In this document: positions 8,850 to 18,742 of the stretch, piece by piece | How the letters are laid out: each line of letters opens with the position of its first letter | Numbering within the stretch: position 1 is the first letter of the stretch | Notes under the pieces: model-generated | Databases searched by the model: none | Seen by the model: the letters and a program-made list of their open reading frames with translations, nothing else | Told to the model about the DNA's origin: nothing | Origin: Nitrososphaeria archaeon | Lineage (GTDB): Archaea > Thermoproteota > Nitrososphaeria > JACIWG01 | Direction: 5' to 3' | Assembly (NCBI GenBank): GCA_963752255.1 | Contig: CAVVXT010000019.1 | Coordinates: 256,001-320,000, forward strand | Length of the DNA: 64,000 bases | Program-made: the position numbers and the translations under genes

Positions 8850-9872
8850 TCATCTTTCTTTGAGATTGGGGTTTGAAGTAGGTTCTACCTGATGCTTCCA
8901 CATCTTTGGATAGGTCTCCTGACTCATTATCACCCGTTCAGTCTTTACGGCAATCCCCTTTGTGCTTTCTTCTATTTCATCGGAATTCATTACAGCTTTG
9001 CCTAAAGCGACAAGCTCACCTTTCAAACTTAACATGACGATTGGATCACCTTTAGCAATGTTAATTGAGAACTTGGTCAGACCTGGAACAGCAAGCTGAG
9101 CGCCATGGCAAACTGCGTCGATTGCGGAATCCCTTACAACCACCTTCTTAAAAGGTTGGAGGACACCCTCAATCGGTCTAATAAGGGTGCGGAGATCGTG
9201 TTCGTCGTTTTTCTCTTTCCATCTGTGAACTGCTTCAGCAAACTCGTGCAACCTGACCAGTCCTTGATCTTCACTTAAGTGGTAGACCTTTGTTCTCCTC
9301 AGCTCGACCATGGTGGCTCCTACAGCCAGAACCTCGCCGATGTCGTACACAAGCTTCCTTATGTAGGTACCTGCTTCACAGTTGATTCTAATAACCATCA
9401 AGCGACCAACCTTCTCAATAACATCCATCTTGTAAATCGTCCTAGGTCTTATCACCCTCTTTACACTTGACTTTTGAGGGGGCCTCTGATAAATGGGGCC
9501 TGTAAATTCTTCCAAAACACTGTCAAGTTTAGCTTGAGGTACATCATTATGTAATCTAACAACGGACACATATTCTTTTGGACCTAACAGAAAAAGACCT
9601 AGAGCCTTTGTAGCGTTCCCTAGTGCGATTGGTAAAAGGCCTGAAACGCCGGGGTCAAGTGTTCCGCTGTGTCCAGCCTTCTCTTTGTTAAGCATCTTCC
9701 TGACCCAGGCTACAACTTCATGACTTGATGGGCCACGAGGCTTATCCAGTGGGATAAAACCATAATCAAGGTAAACCCCAATAGGCCTCTTGTCCGGATA
9801 AAAGCCATAACTCTCGTTCGTTTTATCCTCCGATAGAACGACCATCGATTCCTCTTCTATCCCAGCGGGCAT
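8850..9872 (-). CDS. cbf5: H/ACA RNP pseudouridine synthase Cbf5
   Basis: DKPRGPSSHE, GHSGTLDP, GTYIRKL, ELRRT, PUA domain, YPKMWK. Confidence 0.97.
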   Translation of the reverse strand: MPAGIEEESMVVLSEDKTNESYGFYPDKRPIGVYLDYGFIPLDKPRGPSSHEVVAWVRKMLNKEKAGHSGTLDPGVSGLLPIALGNATKALGLFLLGPKEYVSVVRLHNDVPQAKLDSVLEEFTGPIYQRPPQKSSVKRVIRPRTIYKMDVIEKVGRLMVIRINCEAGTYIRKLVYDIGEVLAVGATMVELRRTKVYHLSEDQGLVRLHEFAEAVHRWKEKNDEHDLRTLIRPIEGVLQPFKKVVVRDSAIDAVCHGAQLAVPGLTKFSINIAKGDPIVMLSLKGELVALGKAVMNSDEIEESTKGIAVKTERVIMSQETYPKMWKHQVEPTSNPNLKER

Positions 9873-9873
9873 C

Positions 9874-10434
9874 TTATTGTCCCAGATTGCTTAACCTTAT
9901 TTGAATATAGTATTTAAGTATCGAAAAAACTTCGTCTTCATTCAAACCCTGAATCGATAGAACGAGGTCGCACACGTTCTTAACATCGTCCAAAGTTATG
10001 TTATAATATCTTTTAAAACGATTCATCTCACTCGATTCTCTCCCAAGTGTCTCATTATAGGCTTCTTGGTAAGGTCTCCCATCCCTTTTTGCTATCCTTT
10101 CAATCCTAACGTTATCCGGCATAGTGAGGAATATTTTGATATTCGCTATACCTTCAAGAAACCACGTACCCAACATGGAATCTACTACAACGTTACCCTT
10201 CTTACTTTCCTCCACCATGGCACCGTCGATTGAACGGTCAATTTTATCAGAATTTTCCGCCATCTTCGACAAAGATAAAAGCGAGAGATTTTTTGATCCG
10301 GCAAGCCTTCTGAAGATCATGCCGCCTGACACATGTCTTAGGCCAAAGAATTCGGCCATCTTTTTTGCTTGAGTAGTTTTTCCTACACCGTGAAGACCGC
10401 TTACCGCAATAACAATGTTACGCGGGTTAGTCAA
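9874..10434 (-). CDS. cmk: cytidylate kinase (archaeal type)
   Basis: P-loop SGLHGVGKTT, SGGMIFR, RFKRYY; conserved position before cbf5. Confidence 0.9.
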   Translation of the reverse strand: MTNPRNIVIAVSGLHGVGKTTQAKKMAEFFGLRHVSGGMIFRRLAGSKNLSLLSLSKMAENSDKIDRSIDGAMVEESKKGNVVVDSMLGTWFLEGIANIKIFLTMPDNVRIERIAKRDGRPYQEAYNETLGRESSEMNRFKRYYNITLDDVKNVCDLVLSIQGLNEDEVFSILKYYIQIRLSNLGQ

Positions 10435-10918
10435 GGCTTGTCCCAGCCAGCTTAGTAATCAAACTCGAGAAGGAGAAAGACGTTATTAGATACCACCAAA
10501 AGAGTTGGACGCCGCCGGCGGCAGTCACTATGAAAGGTATTTGTATCGGTGACTGTGCAACGACAGATGTAGCTCCGATCAGACTAGCTATAAAGTAGTA
10601 AATTAACATGAATGGGATTATAAAAAGGAAGGATGCCTTCAGACGCTGATTGGAGGATTTCATCTCCATTTCTCTAACACTTTTCTCCTTCTTTTTTAGC
10701 TTCGCCTCTTTTGCCTTGTCGCCTTTCTTTATCGCATCCATCAGTTCGCTTCTAAACTGCTTGGCTTCGCGGGCAACGCGCCTAGTTTCATCGACATTAG
10801 TGAGAAGACGCGTAGCGACCTGTGAAATTAGGTTTAGTCCAACGGACGTAGCAACAAGAAGTATAGTTGAATTGGGGATCTGGTTCCATACGATCTGAAA
10901 TACTAACTGCTCTAACAT
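10427..10918 (-). CDS. DUF106/EMC3-TMCO1 (Oxa1 superfamily) membrane protein
   Basis: TM-coiled coil-TM-TM with WWY motif; syntenic after secY. Confidence 0.9.
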   Translation of the reverse strand: MLEQLVFQIVWNQIPNSTILLVATSVGLNLISQVATRLLTNVDETRRVAREAKQFRSELMDAIKKGDKAKEAKLKKKEKSVREMEMKSSNQRLKASFLFIIPFMLIYYFIASLIGATSVVAQSPIQIPFIVTAAGGVQLFWWYLITSFSFSSLITKLAGTSLD

Positions 10919-11011
10919 TTCACAAAACTCTCTTTATACTTCTTAAGGTTTACATCCTGTGAAAAATTATATATACTTTGTGTATGCATATATTTTATTA
11001 ACCTTAAAATA

Positions 11012-12439
11012 TCAGCTTCTACCAAGTAAACCACTTAATCTCGGCATAAGCTCTTCCATCTGCTCCTGCACCAGCGTCTGATAGTATTGGATACCTATAT
11101 CGACCATGAGAAGGATACCGATACCCGATCCAAGAACCGAGAACAGGTCGGAGAAACCGGCTAGAAGGCCTATAAAAAGGCCCCCTAATATTGTCAGCGT
11201 TGGAATATACTTGGCCAATATCTGGCTAATACTTACTTCAGATCTTCTGAAACCGGGAACCTGAACCCCCGCGTCAACGAGGTTTTTAGCGACCTTTTCA
11301 GGTGAGAGGCCACCAATTTCAACCCATATCTTTGCAAAAACAACGCAGAAGGCGATAATGAGTATTATAAAGAATAGACATTGAACTGGATCTTTCGTAA
11401 GCGAAGCAATACCTTTGGGCGCTGTTAGGTAGTAGGCTAACCCGCCTGTTGGCGTATTTGACGTGCTGTTATATTTTCCCAAAAGGTTGAGTAAAGAGTT
11501 ATTGTTCTGCGGATTAAACCTTAACCAAATGAACTGGAACAAGAAGTTTGCGTCGGTTAAAAGGGCGGATGTCAGTATTATTGGAATGTTAGACACGTAA
11601 AGGAATTTAATTGGATAGACACCACCGAATCCTCTGTATTTCGCAGAAGTGATAGGTATCTCAATCCTCAACCCTTCCACGTAGACGACGATAAGTATTA
11701 TAAGTATGGTGACGAGGACGGTCAGAATAGATGGATATCCTGAGCTCCTATAAAAGAGTCGGGCGAAGCTCGATGTTGAAGCCTTCGTAACCAAGAATGG
11801 AATAAGACCGTAGGCTGAGGTAACATTTTGTCCATTTACTACTTCCGTTACCGGAAGCGGACTCAATATTCCCCATATGATCTGTACCGCTGCACCGGCG
11901 AAAATGAAGAGACTTATACCACTACCTACACCCCAACCTTTCTGAACCATTTCATCCAACAACATGACGATAATGGTCGCAATGAAAAGCTGAAACATTA
12001 TGATGATGATTGTCTGAGGTGCAATCGATGTGCCAAAGACACCACCTAGTATGTACGCAAAAACCTCCATCAAAGCCACCAGAATCGTCGCGAATTTTGT
12101 AGAAGCCGTAAAGGTAGATCTATCTTCACTCTTGGTGAGATCCAGTTTAATTATATCCGCACCCTGAAGAAGCTGAACGATCAAACCCGCTGTAACTATT
12201 GGACCTATTCCAAGCTCCATCAAAGTGCCTTGAGCGGAAGCAAAGATTATTCTAGAATACGTCAGAATATCATTCCCTTGACTAACACCGTACAATGGTG
12301 TCTCAACCATAATGAAGTATATGACAAGTACGGCTGCTGTCCACAAAAGACGTTCATTGAGAGAAAGCTTTTTTATAGGCTTAGGAATTTCTGGTATTAT
12401 CGTAGAGAAGCTTGTGATGAAGTTGGAGAAAGCCCCCAA
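11012..12439 (-). CDS. secY: preprotein translocase SecY/Sec61alpha
   Basis: GTLMELGIGPIVTAG, DEMVQKGWGVGSGISLFI, YPIKFLYVSNIP, PGFRR. Confidence 0.98.
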   Translation of the reverse strand: MGAFSNFITSFSTIIPEIPKPIKKLSLNERLLWTAAVLVIYFIMVETPLYGVSQGNDILTYSRIIFASAQGTLMELGIGPIVTAGLIVQLLQGADIIKLDLTKSEDRSTFTASTKFATILVALMEVFAYILGGVFGTSIAPQTIIIIMFQLFIATIIVMLLDEMVQKGWGVGSGISLFIFAGAAVQIIWGILSPLPVTEVVNGQNVTSAYGLIPFLVTKASTSSFARLFYRSSGYPSILTVLVTILIILIVVYVEGLRIEIPITSAKYRGFGGVYPIKFLYVSNIPIILTSALLTDANFLFQFIWLRFNPQNNNSLLNLLGKYNSTSNTPTGGLAYYLTAPKGIASLTKDPVQCLFFIILIIAFCVVFAKIWVEIGGLSPEKVAKNLVDAGVQVPGFRRSEVSISQILAKYIPTLTILGGLFIGLLAGFSDLFSVLGSGIGILLMVDIGIQYYQTLVQEQMEELMPRLSGLLGRS

Positions 12440-12441
12440 GA

Positions 12442-12879
12442 TCAGTTCGACCCTTTAATCAGTCCACCTGTACTAACTATCTTTTCTTTTGCGCTTTCAG
12501 TAAACCTATCAACAACGACCAAATAAACGCCCCTAAGGGAACCTCCGCCTAGAAGCTTGTCGATGTCTAGGGCCGAAAGATCTAGTACGAGTTTACCCTC
12601 TGAGTTTTCAACTTTACCTTGGCTTGACAGCTTCTGGTAAAGCTTGTCCAGTGAGCCAACGTTAATCCAGAACCTTGGCTTCGAGCTTTGTGGAGGATGC
12701 ATGTCATCCTTTCCGAAATGATTTGGATCGTACTTCACTGTCCAGCTCCACCTATGTTTGTGGAGCCCTGCATTTCCTACGCCACCCCTCTGTCCTGAAG
12801 CTCTGTGTTGGCCTACCTGGCCCCAGCCGTGCGTTCTGGAACCACGGAGCTTCCTAACTTTTCTAAACCTTGTGGGCAT
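12442..12879 (-). CDS. rpl15: 50S ribosomal protein uL15
   Basis: RKLRGSRTHGWG..GGVGNAG. Confidence 0.97.
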   Translation of the reverse strand: MPTRFRKVRKLRGSRTHGWGQVGQHRASGQRGGVGNAGLHKHRWSWTVKYDPNHFGKDDMHPPQSSKPRFWINVGSLDKLYQKLSSQGKVENSEGKLVLDLSALDIDKLLGGGSLRGVYLVVVDRFTESAKEKIVSTGGLIKGSN

Positions 12880-12898
12880 CTGATTATCACCTTTAGCT

Positions 12899-13390
12899 TT
12901 ATTTCTTATTCAATTTGATCTCCAAGATTCCGTTGTTATACGCCATTTGGATGGCTTTCGTGTCTGCTGTTGCGGGAACCGCTATAATCTTTTCATACTT
13001 TATATCCTTAGTATTGACAGATAAGCGAATCTCGCTCCCCTTGACACCTAGGTGAATGTCCTCCTTCTTGACACCGGGCACTTCTGCTATAATAACTACC
13101 TCCTTACCTCTGTCCATAACTTCGACTAAGGGCTCTCTGACCTCGGAGATTACTCTGCCCCGCCGTGTTCTGCGGACATTCCCAAATTCTCTTACCTCCG
13201 GTTTACCGTCAGGACCCACTGTGACAGAAAAACCGTATATGTAGGGCATCTGCTTCCTGTTACCTCCCTGCTCAGGTTCAACGTCAGCCGTATCAAAATG
13301 CTTAAACATTTCATCAACTAGCTCATCAAATTTATCGTCAAATTCATCAAATACGTCAAACCACTTCTTCCTTCTTTTATCCCAGCTCAA
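12899..13390 (-). CDS. archaeal Hsp20 small heat-shock protein
   Basis: PYIYGFSVTVGPDGKPEVREFGN, REPLVEV, YNNGILEI; TTG start with GGAGG SD. Confidence 0.95.
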   Translation of the reverse strand: MSWDKRRKKWFDVFDEFDDKFDELVDEMFKHFDTADVEPEQGGNRKQMPYIYGFSVTVGPDGKPEVREFGNVRRTRRGRVISEVREPLVEVMDRGKEVVIIAEVPGVKKEDIHLGVKGSEIRLSVNTKDIKYEKIIAVPATADTKAIQMAYNNGILEIKLNKK

Positions 13391-13463
13391 ATTTCTTTAC
13401 CTCCAAACACCTGCACCATCATGCTATTATTATTATATTTTTCAGAAGCCCTTATTAACCTAA

Positions 13464-13937
13464 CTAAACCATTCTAGAAACCAAGGACAGTATTTCTTCA
13501 TTTTTGGCTAATACGCCACCAACCTTGTACGGCTTCTTTGTTGACCTCTTGAATCCTCCCCTAGGTGGGGCTAGATTAAAGTAATGCTTGACCGTATTAA
13601 GTTTATTTAATTGAACAGATCCCTCAACAATCCCGTTAACCATTTCGTCGAGGTTCTTGAAGCCTTCTGTCTTTGCGGTGGAATCGTCAACCGATTTACC
13701 GTAAATCGTTCTCCCTCTTTTTGTGATAAGCGTTTTTGCTGTGCTGAAGTTCAATTCTCCCCACGACAGATGGTCTTTTGCGAGATTTAGCATACCTAGA
13801 TAGTAATCGTTTTTTGGAACAATCGTAGCACTATACCTTCTACGGAGCTTCAATAGTTCAAATGTCTTTCTAACATCATAACGGATATTTACGGTTCCAC
13901 TGATTCTAATTACAATTAGCTGCGGCATCTTGGTCAA
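13464..13937 (-). CDS. rpl30: 50S ribosomal protein uL30
   Basis: VIRISG, LAPPRGGFK; start may be ATG 13928. Confidence 0.95.
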   Translation of the reverse strand: MTKMPQLIVIRISGTVNIRYDVRKTFELLKLRRRYSATIVPKNDYYLGMLNLAKDHLSWGELNFSTAKTLITKRGRTIYGKSVDDSTAKTEGFKNLDEMVNGIVEGSVQLNKLNTVKHYFNLAPPRGGFKRSTKKPYKVGGVLAKNEEILSLVSRMV

Positions 13938-14611
13938 TCCCTGATATGTGAAAGAAGATGAAGACTCCTTAGTGCGTCATAGATGGCATATGCGACAGAA
14001 GGATAGGTGTTAGTGGCACCGTAGGTTCTTGTCCAAGCATCCTTTAAACCTGCAAGTGACAAAAGTTTTTTGACGTTCTCACCAGCTACCAGACCTAAGC
14101 CTCTCGGGCCTGGAATAATGTCAACGCGGACGCTTCCACATTTGCCGATGACCTTGAAAGGAATAGAATGCTGCTGATTGCATTTGCACTCCCAACTGCC
14201 GCATCCGAGCTCAACAGGCACAATGTTCATGAGAGAATCGGTTGTTGCTTTGTCGATTGCTATACGCATCGTCTTAGCCTTACCGGAACCTACACCGAAC
14301 CACCCGTTACCGTTGCCCACGGCTAGTATAACCCTGAATTTGGTGACCTCCCCAGCATCGGTCTGCTTTTGAACGACTGTAACGCCGATTACCTCTGTGG
14401 TTACGTCGCTAAGTAAAGTCCTAACTATTTCAGGCTCCTTTATCTTGTAACCTAATTCAAAGGTTTCGCGAAGGTCGGTTATCTTGCCTTCCGCAACAAG
14501 CTTGCCGAGTTTGGTCTTAGGAACCCATGACTTTAGAGCTTCTCTGGCGATTTCTTGATCACTCATTCTGCCTCCACTCATTCTGCCTCTACTCATTCTG
14601 CCTCTCATCAT
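13934..14611 (-). CDS. rps5: 30S ribosomal protein uS5
   Basis: WVPKTKLG, QKQTDAG, GCGSWEC, PRGLGL. Confidence 0.97.
   Translation of the reverse strand: MMRGRMSRGRMSGGRMSDQEIAREALKSWVPKTKLGKLVAEGKITDLRETFELGYKIKEPEIVRTLLSDVTTEVIGVTVVQKQTDAGEVTKFRVILAVGNGNGWFGVGSGKAKTMRIAIDKATTDSLMNIVPVELGCGSWECKCNQQHSIPFKVIGKCGSVRVDIIPGPRGLGLVAGENVKKLLSLAGLKDAWTRTYGATNTYPSVAYAIYDALRSLHLLSHIRD
14561..14605. repeat. 3 x 15-bp tandem repeat in the uS5 5' end
   Basis: ACTCATTCTGCCTC(C/T) x3, encodes (R/G)GRMS. Confidence 0.95.
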
Positions 14612-15204
14612 TCTAGGACACCTTTTTTCTCAACTATCATCTTCTTAACTTTCTCAAATGTATCAGACAGTTCATCCATATTCAGTCCCTCCCGGATGTA
14701 ATTCGAGAACCTTTTGTTATAGAGGTCAGAGTCGGAAGACTTCAAGTTTTTAGCGTATTCCATTATATGTTCTCCCTTTATCTTGTGATCGTCTGGGAAA
14801 GTTTTTGCGTTAGCCTCAATCTTCAAGCCACTGTCGACAATTCCCTTGATCGCGGCAGCTGCTCTAGATCCCGCAATATAGGGTTCAACACCCATGTACA
14901 CGATCACCCTTGAATCAACCTTGCTCCCTGTCCTATATCCTAATATTAATCCACAAAGGTAACTTGCTGGGATACTCTTATGGGAAAAAGGCCAGCCGAA
15001 CTTCTGAAGCTGCCTAGAATGTACGGATTCGATAACGCTGTCGCCGGTTGTGCTAGCCTTGATCACCTGCAGGAGAATGTTCTTGTTCGAAACTCTTATA
15101 GTTACGAAGGGAAGGTGACTGACGACAATCTTTTTCCTAAGTTGATAGTCCGTCTTTCCTTCTCTTCTCCTCCTAAATATTTCAATGTATCTTACCTTCT
15201 TCAA
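14608..15204 (-). CDS. rpl18: 50S ribosomal protein uL18
   Basis: FRRRREGKTDY motif. Confidence 0.97.
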   Translation of the reverse strand: MKKVRYIEIFRRRREGKTDYQLRKKIVVSHLPFVTIRVSNKNILLQVIKASTTGDSVIESVHSRQLQKFGWPFSHKSIPASYLCGLILGYRTGSKVDSRVIVYMGVEPYIAGSRAAAAIKGIVDSGLKIEANAKTFPDDHKIKGEHIMEYAKNLKSSDSDLYNKRFSNYIREGLNMDELSDTFEKVKKMIVEKKGVLE

Positions 15205-15206
15205 TT

Positions 15207-15632
15207 CTATACACCCTTTCTACCCATTCCTCTTGCGATTTCATCAAGCCTTTTGACAGTCCTTATCTGGCCACCTTTTATCCATAGATAAAGCTTCTTG
15301 TAATTTTCCTTACTTATTACCCCCTGTTTCAGCAAGTACCTAAGATGAATTCTAACGGCACGCACCTTTTTGACCCAGACCTGTTTCTTTCCCTGTCTAG
15401 CGCCCTTTGCACCCTTCCTTGATCCTGCACCTCTCTTACCCTTCTTAACACGGGAGCGTGACGTCCCTCTTCTTTGCTTAACAATTACTGCCTTCGAATC
15501 GATCAGCGATCGGATCTCCGCTCTTGTAATAGCATCCTGTATACGGTCTCTGGCTTCGGGCATCAGCTTTATTCTTGAAGCTCCTACGCCCAAAGTTCTC
15601 GCAATAAGTTCCTTTTTACTTTTGAGATTCAA
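15207..15632 (-). CDS. rpl19e: 50S ribosomal protein eL19
   Basis: AITRAEIRSLI, GAGSRKGAKGAR, KGG. Confidence 0.96.
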   Translation of the reverse strand: MNLKSKKELIARTLGVGASRIKLMPEARDRIQDAITRAEIRSLIDSKAVIVKQRRGTSRSRVKKGKRGAGSRKGAKGARQGKKQVWVKKVRAVRIHLRYLLKQGVISKENYKKLYLWIKGGQIRTVKRLDEIARGMGRKGV

Positions 15633-16011
15633 CCTTCTTCAACCTCCTCGGGTTAAGTATGTGTATACCAAGTTCCTTAGCCTTCCTGACTATTTCAATC
15701 CTTTTCTTCCTACCTACTGTAGCAGCTATCCTTGCTGCTTCAAGCTTTGGATTAAGCCTTGACAGCTCTTCGACATTATGTATCAGAATATCCTTATAGC
15801 CGGACGGATGCAGCCCTCTAAGCTCTTTAGGAGAACCATAGCCTACCTTGACCCTCGCGGGCCAACCACTAAACTCCTTTCGAACCTTATTGTCTAAGCC
15901 CTTAGGCTTCCGCCAGTTAGGCTTTAACCTAACATATCTCCAAGATTCTGGTCTCAGAAATCTAGGCTTCTTTCTAACGTGAACCTTCTTTCCAACTTCA
16001 ACTTCGCTCAT
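15616..16011 (-). CDS. rpl32e: 50S ribosomal protein eL32
   Basis: KPRFLR, WRKPKGLDNK, RGLHPSG; ATG 16011 preferred. Confidence 0.96.
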   Translation of the reverse strand: MSEVEVGKKVHVRKKPRFLRPESWRYVRLKPNWRKPKGLDNKVRKEFSGWPARVKVGYGSPKELRGLHPSGYKDILIHNVEELSRLNPKLEAARIAATVGRKKRIEIVRKAKELGIHILNPRRLKKVESQK

Positions 16012-16528
16012 AGATATATACACCATCCAAAAAAACTCTTTGATCTTTCCTTTTAACAGTCGTTGCAGCTTCGATGTTCGCAGCAGTCTGACCTACATCA
16101 TCTTTCGAAAGTCCCTGAACCACGACGTCGTCGCCTTCAACAGAAACCTTACATGAGCCAACAATTTTAGCGATTCTTGGGGCTTTTTCCCCATAGAAAT
16201 TTTCTATCAGAACATCACTCCCCTTAACCTTCACGGAGATAGGAAAGTGCGCTGATACAATTTTGAGACGATACTTATATCCTCCTGTCACTCCATTGAA
16301 CATGTTCCTTATATGGGAGGAGGCAGTTCCAAGCACTGCAAGATCGCTTCTCTTATCACTATAGGACTTTATTTTGATCTCCCTATCAGACATTCCAATA
16401 TAGACCCTTACCTTTGAAAAGTCTTTCTTGATCGAACCTAGAGGACCACTTACCGTAAGTATGTTTCCTTCTAGGATAGCGGAAATCTTCTCGGGAATTG
16501 GTATTGAAACTTCGGACAAAACAGACAC
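15998..16528 (-). CDS. rpl6: 50S ribosomal protein uL6
   Basis: AHFPI, DVGQTAANIE, DQRVFLDGVY. Confidence 0.97.
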   Translation of the reverse strand: MSVLSEVSIPIPEKISAILEGNILTVSGPLGSIKKDFSKVRVYIGMSDREIKIKSYSDKRSDLAVLGTASSHIRNMFNGVTGGYKYRLKIVSAHFPISVKVKGSDVLIENFYGEKAPRIAKIVGSCKVSVEGDDVVVQGLSKDDVGQTAANIEAATTVKRKDQRVFLDGVYIYERS

Positions 16529-16531
16529 CCT

Positions 16532-16924
16532 CTAGTAAATGTACCCCAGAAGTTTTCCTCCTAAACCCTGTTTTCTAGCTTCTATCTGAGATGTTACGCC
16601 CTGAGGTGTGGTAACGATTAGCATTCCATAGTTGAACGATGGAAGATACTTTCTTTCCCAGACATCGTATTCGGTTTTTTGAATACTGTACCTAGGGGTG
16701 ATAGGACCGCACTTTACGATCTTACCCAGTAGCTGCACTCTGAACTTTCCTCCACGCCCGTCGTCTATGTGCTCGAATTCTCCGATGTACCCGTACTTTT
16801 GAAGAATTCGAAGGACTTCCCTTGCAAGGTTAGATGTTGGTGAGATAATGCATTCCTTCTTCCTTCTAAGTTCGTTGTTGTATATTGTGCTAAAAAGGTT
16901 TGGAATTATATTCTTGGCAGGCAT
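16532..16924 (-). CDS. rps8: 30S ribosomal protein uS8
   Basis: GYIGEFEHIDDGRGG; ATG after GGTGA. Confidence 0.97.
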   Translation of the reverse strand: MPAKNIIPNLFSTIYNNELRRKKECIISPTSNLAREVLRILQKYGYIGEFEHIDDGRGGKFRVQLLGKIVKCGPITPRYSIQKTEYDVWERKYLPSFNYGMLIVTTPQGVTSQIEARKQGLGGKLLGYIY

Positions 16925-16933
16925 CTTTTTCAC

Positions 16934-17098
16934 CTATTCGTATTTTCTAAAGCCGAGTTTTTCAGCTATTTCACTGAAACATTGTCTGCAATAGTTTAAG
17001 TCATACATCTGTATGATAGGACCATAAGCGCCACATCTCCTACATATTCTTGAACCCTTTCCAAACTTTCTTGGCTTACCATGACGTACCTTCACCAA
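16934..17098 (-). CDS. rps14: 30S ribosomal protein uS14 (Zn type)
   Basis: [11 protein letters not shown]...CRQCF..LGFRKY. Confidence 0.96.
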   Translation of the reverse strand: MVKVRHGKPRKFGKGSRICRRCGAYGPIIQMYDLNYCRQCFSEIAEKLGFRKYE

Positions 17099-17099
17099 A

Positions 17100-17624
17100 T
17101 CAAGCCACCTCAACATTAAAAGTATCCGTCATAAACTTAATCATTTCATCTCTAGTCACCTTATGTTTTTTGCCAATCTTCGAAGGACACAGCCTGCGTC
17201 TGGCAACCCTATAGCCAGGTCGCTCAAGCTTAACGTTAACGTCAAGCCCGAAAATACCGGTTTCAGGGTCATACTTTATACCTGGAATCTCGAGGTGTTC
17301 CTTGATTCCAAAAGAAACGTTTCCCTCATCGTCAAAAGAAGAAGATGGAAGTTTGAGAGCTCTGACTATTAGAAGTCTTTTTAAAAGTTGCACAGCCCCA
17401 TCGCGCATAACGGTCACCTTTACACCGATTGGCTCCCCTTTACGAACACCCCAGTCTCTGACACTTTTCCTAGCCTTTGTCTGAATAGGCTCTCTTCCCG
17501 TGATTTGCCTTAAAACTTCCTGCGCTTTTTCAACGATTTCTCCAGACTTCCCGACACCGATATTCAGCACAACCTTTTGAACGCGGATCTTTCGCATAGG
17601 ATTATCTGGCTTCTGAGCGCTCAC
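17100..17624 (-). CDS. rpl5: 50S ribosomal protein uL5
   Basis: [27 protein letters not shown]. Confidence 0.97.
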   Translation of the reverse strand: MSAQKPDNPMRKIRVQKVVLNIGVGKSGEIVEKAQEVLRQITGREPIQTKARKSVRDWGVRKGEPIGVKVTVMRDGAVQLLKRLLIVRALKLPSSSFDDEGNVSFGIKEHLEIPGIKYDPETGIFGLDVNVKLERPGYRVARRRLCPSKIGKKHKVTRDEMIKFMTDTFNVEVA

Positions 17625-17627
17625 TTA

Positions 17628-18356
17628 CTATTCACCACCCAACGATATGAGAGGCTTCTCAGCACCCACAGCTAAAAGAATACGTACGGGAACTTTTACC
17701 GTTGAACCTTCGACATCGACCAAAGCAGACTTTTGGGAAGTTAGACCACCGGGTAATATCTTATTTACGACGCCTAGTTTACCTGATGCTTTACCTTTAA
17801 AGAAGATCACTAAGGAACCCTTATCCATCTTAACGTTTGAAACAATTTTATTGTCCGGAATACTTATTAGCAGACTGTCGTCGACGTTCACACCTGTATC
17901 TTCCTTAGAAAGGATTGTGCGACCGTCATGGAGCCCATAGGAGAAAATGTTTCCACGAACTTTCATCTTAGATTTAACCCTACAAAGTTTCATCTTAGCT
18001 GATTCCGAGTCTACGACTACAGGAAAGAGTATTGAACCCTTCGTGGGAAGAAGGCGAAAAATCTTGCCCATTGATGGAATATTTACGACATCCATTAAAC
18101 CTACAGGAAACTTTGCATCCCTTCTTACAACACCATCGACGATAATTTTGTTTGAATCAATCACGGACCGAGCGCCTCTCATCGTCTTTACGACCTTAAT
18201 GACATCCCTTAGGAAGGTTGCCAAAGAGTAGCTCCCGTTGATTGGATGAGGACCCGGAGACTGCTTTAATGCAAACTGGCCTTCTTTACGCGGTATTTTC
18301 CAGAATTTCGGTGCTGCACTTCTTTTCATGTGTCTTGAAGAACCCATGCTGCCCAT
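17628..18356 (-). CDS. rps4e: 30S ribosomal protein eS4
   Basis: HMKRSAAP, PGPH, FPVGLMDV, LHDGRT. Confidence 0.97.
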   Translation of the reverse strand: MGSMGSSRHMKRSAAPKFWKIPRKEGQFALKQSPGPHPINGSYSLATFLRDVIKVVKTMRGARSVIDSNKIIVDGVVRRDAKFPVGLMDVVNIPSMGKIFRLLPTKGSILFPVVVDSESAKMKLCRVKSKMKVRGNIFSYGLHDGRTILSKEDTGVNVDDSLLISIPDNKIVSNVKMDKGSLVIFFKGKASGKLGVVNKILPGGLTSQKSALVDVEGSTVKVPVRILLAVGAEKPLISLGGE

Positions 18357-18358
18357 TG

Positions 18359-18733
18359 CTAGGCACCTCTTGACGTGGGCGTCTTCGACTCAAAACGTGT
18401 TTTTCTAAGTTTATCCTCTAAGTTTAGCGAAGTTATCATAACCTTTGAGGCTGTAATCATCACAGGAGTCTGCTCTCCTTTTACCCTTTCCCTATAAACT
18501 CCTTCAACAGAAATCGTGCCGTTTTCTACATTAACACCGGTCACTTTTCCTTCGACTCCGGCATACTCGCCTCTGACAATTTTGACACTATCTCCCTTCT
18601 TGATGCGAACGGTTTTAAAGGCATATTTTGTGCGCAAGTCATCTGACAACCGGGCATTAATAATTTTACCTAACTTATGCAGCGGGGCGTTAAACATCCT
18701 ATTTCTAACCTTGGATGGTTTATCAGAGGACAT
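18359..18733 (-). CDS. rpl24: 50S ribosomal protein uL24
   Basis: NAPLH, KKGDSVKIVRG KOW motif. Confidence 0.96.
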   Translation of the reverse strand: MSSDKPSKVRNRMFNAPLHKLGKIINARLSDDLRTKYAFKTVRIKKGDSVKIVRGEYAGVEGKVTGVNVENGTISVEGVYRERVKGEQTPVMITASKVMITSLNLEDKLRKTRFESKTPTSRGA

Positions 18734-18742
18734 GCCAATCAC

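Noticed and set aside
9640-9700. Intron in cbf5, as in some Crenarchaeota
   Set aside because: The frame is continuous through GHSGTLDP
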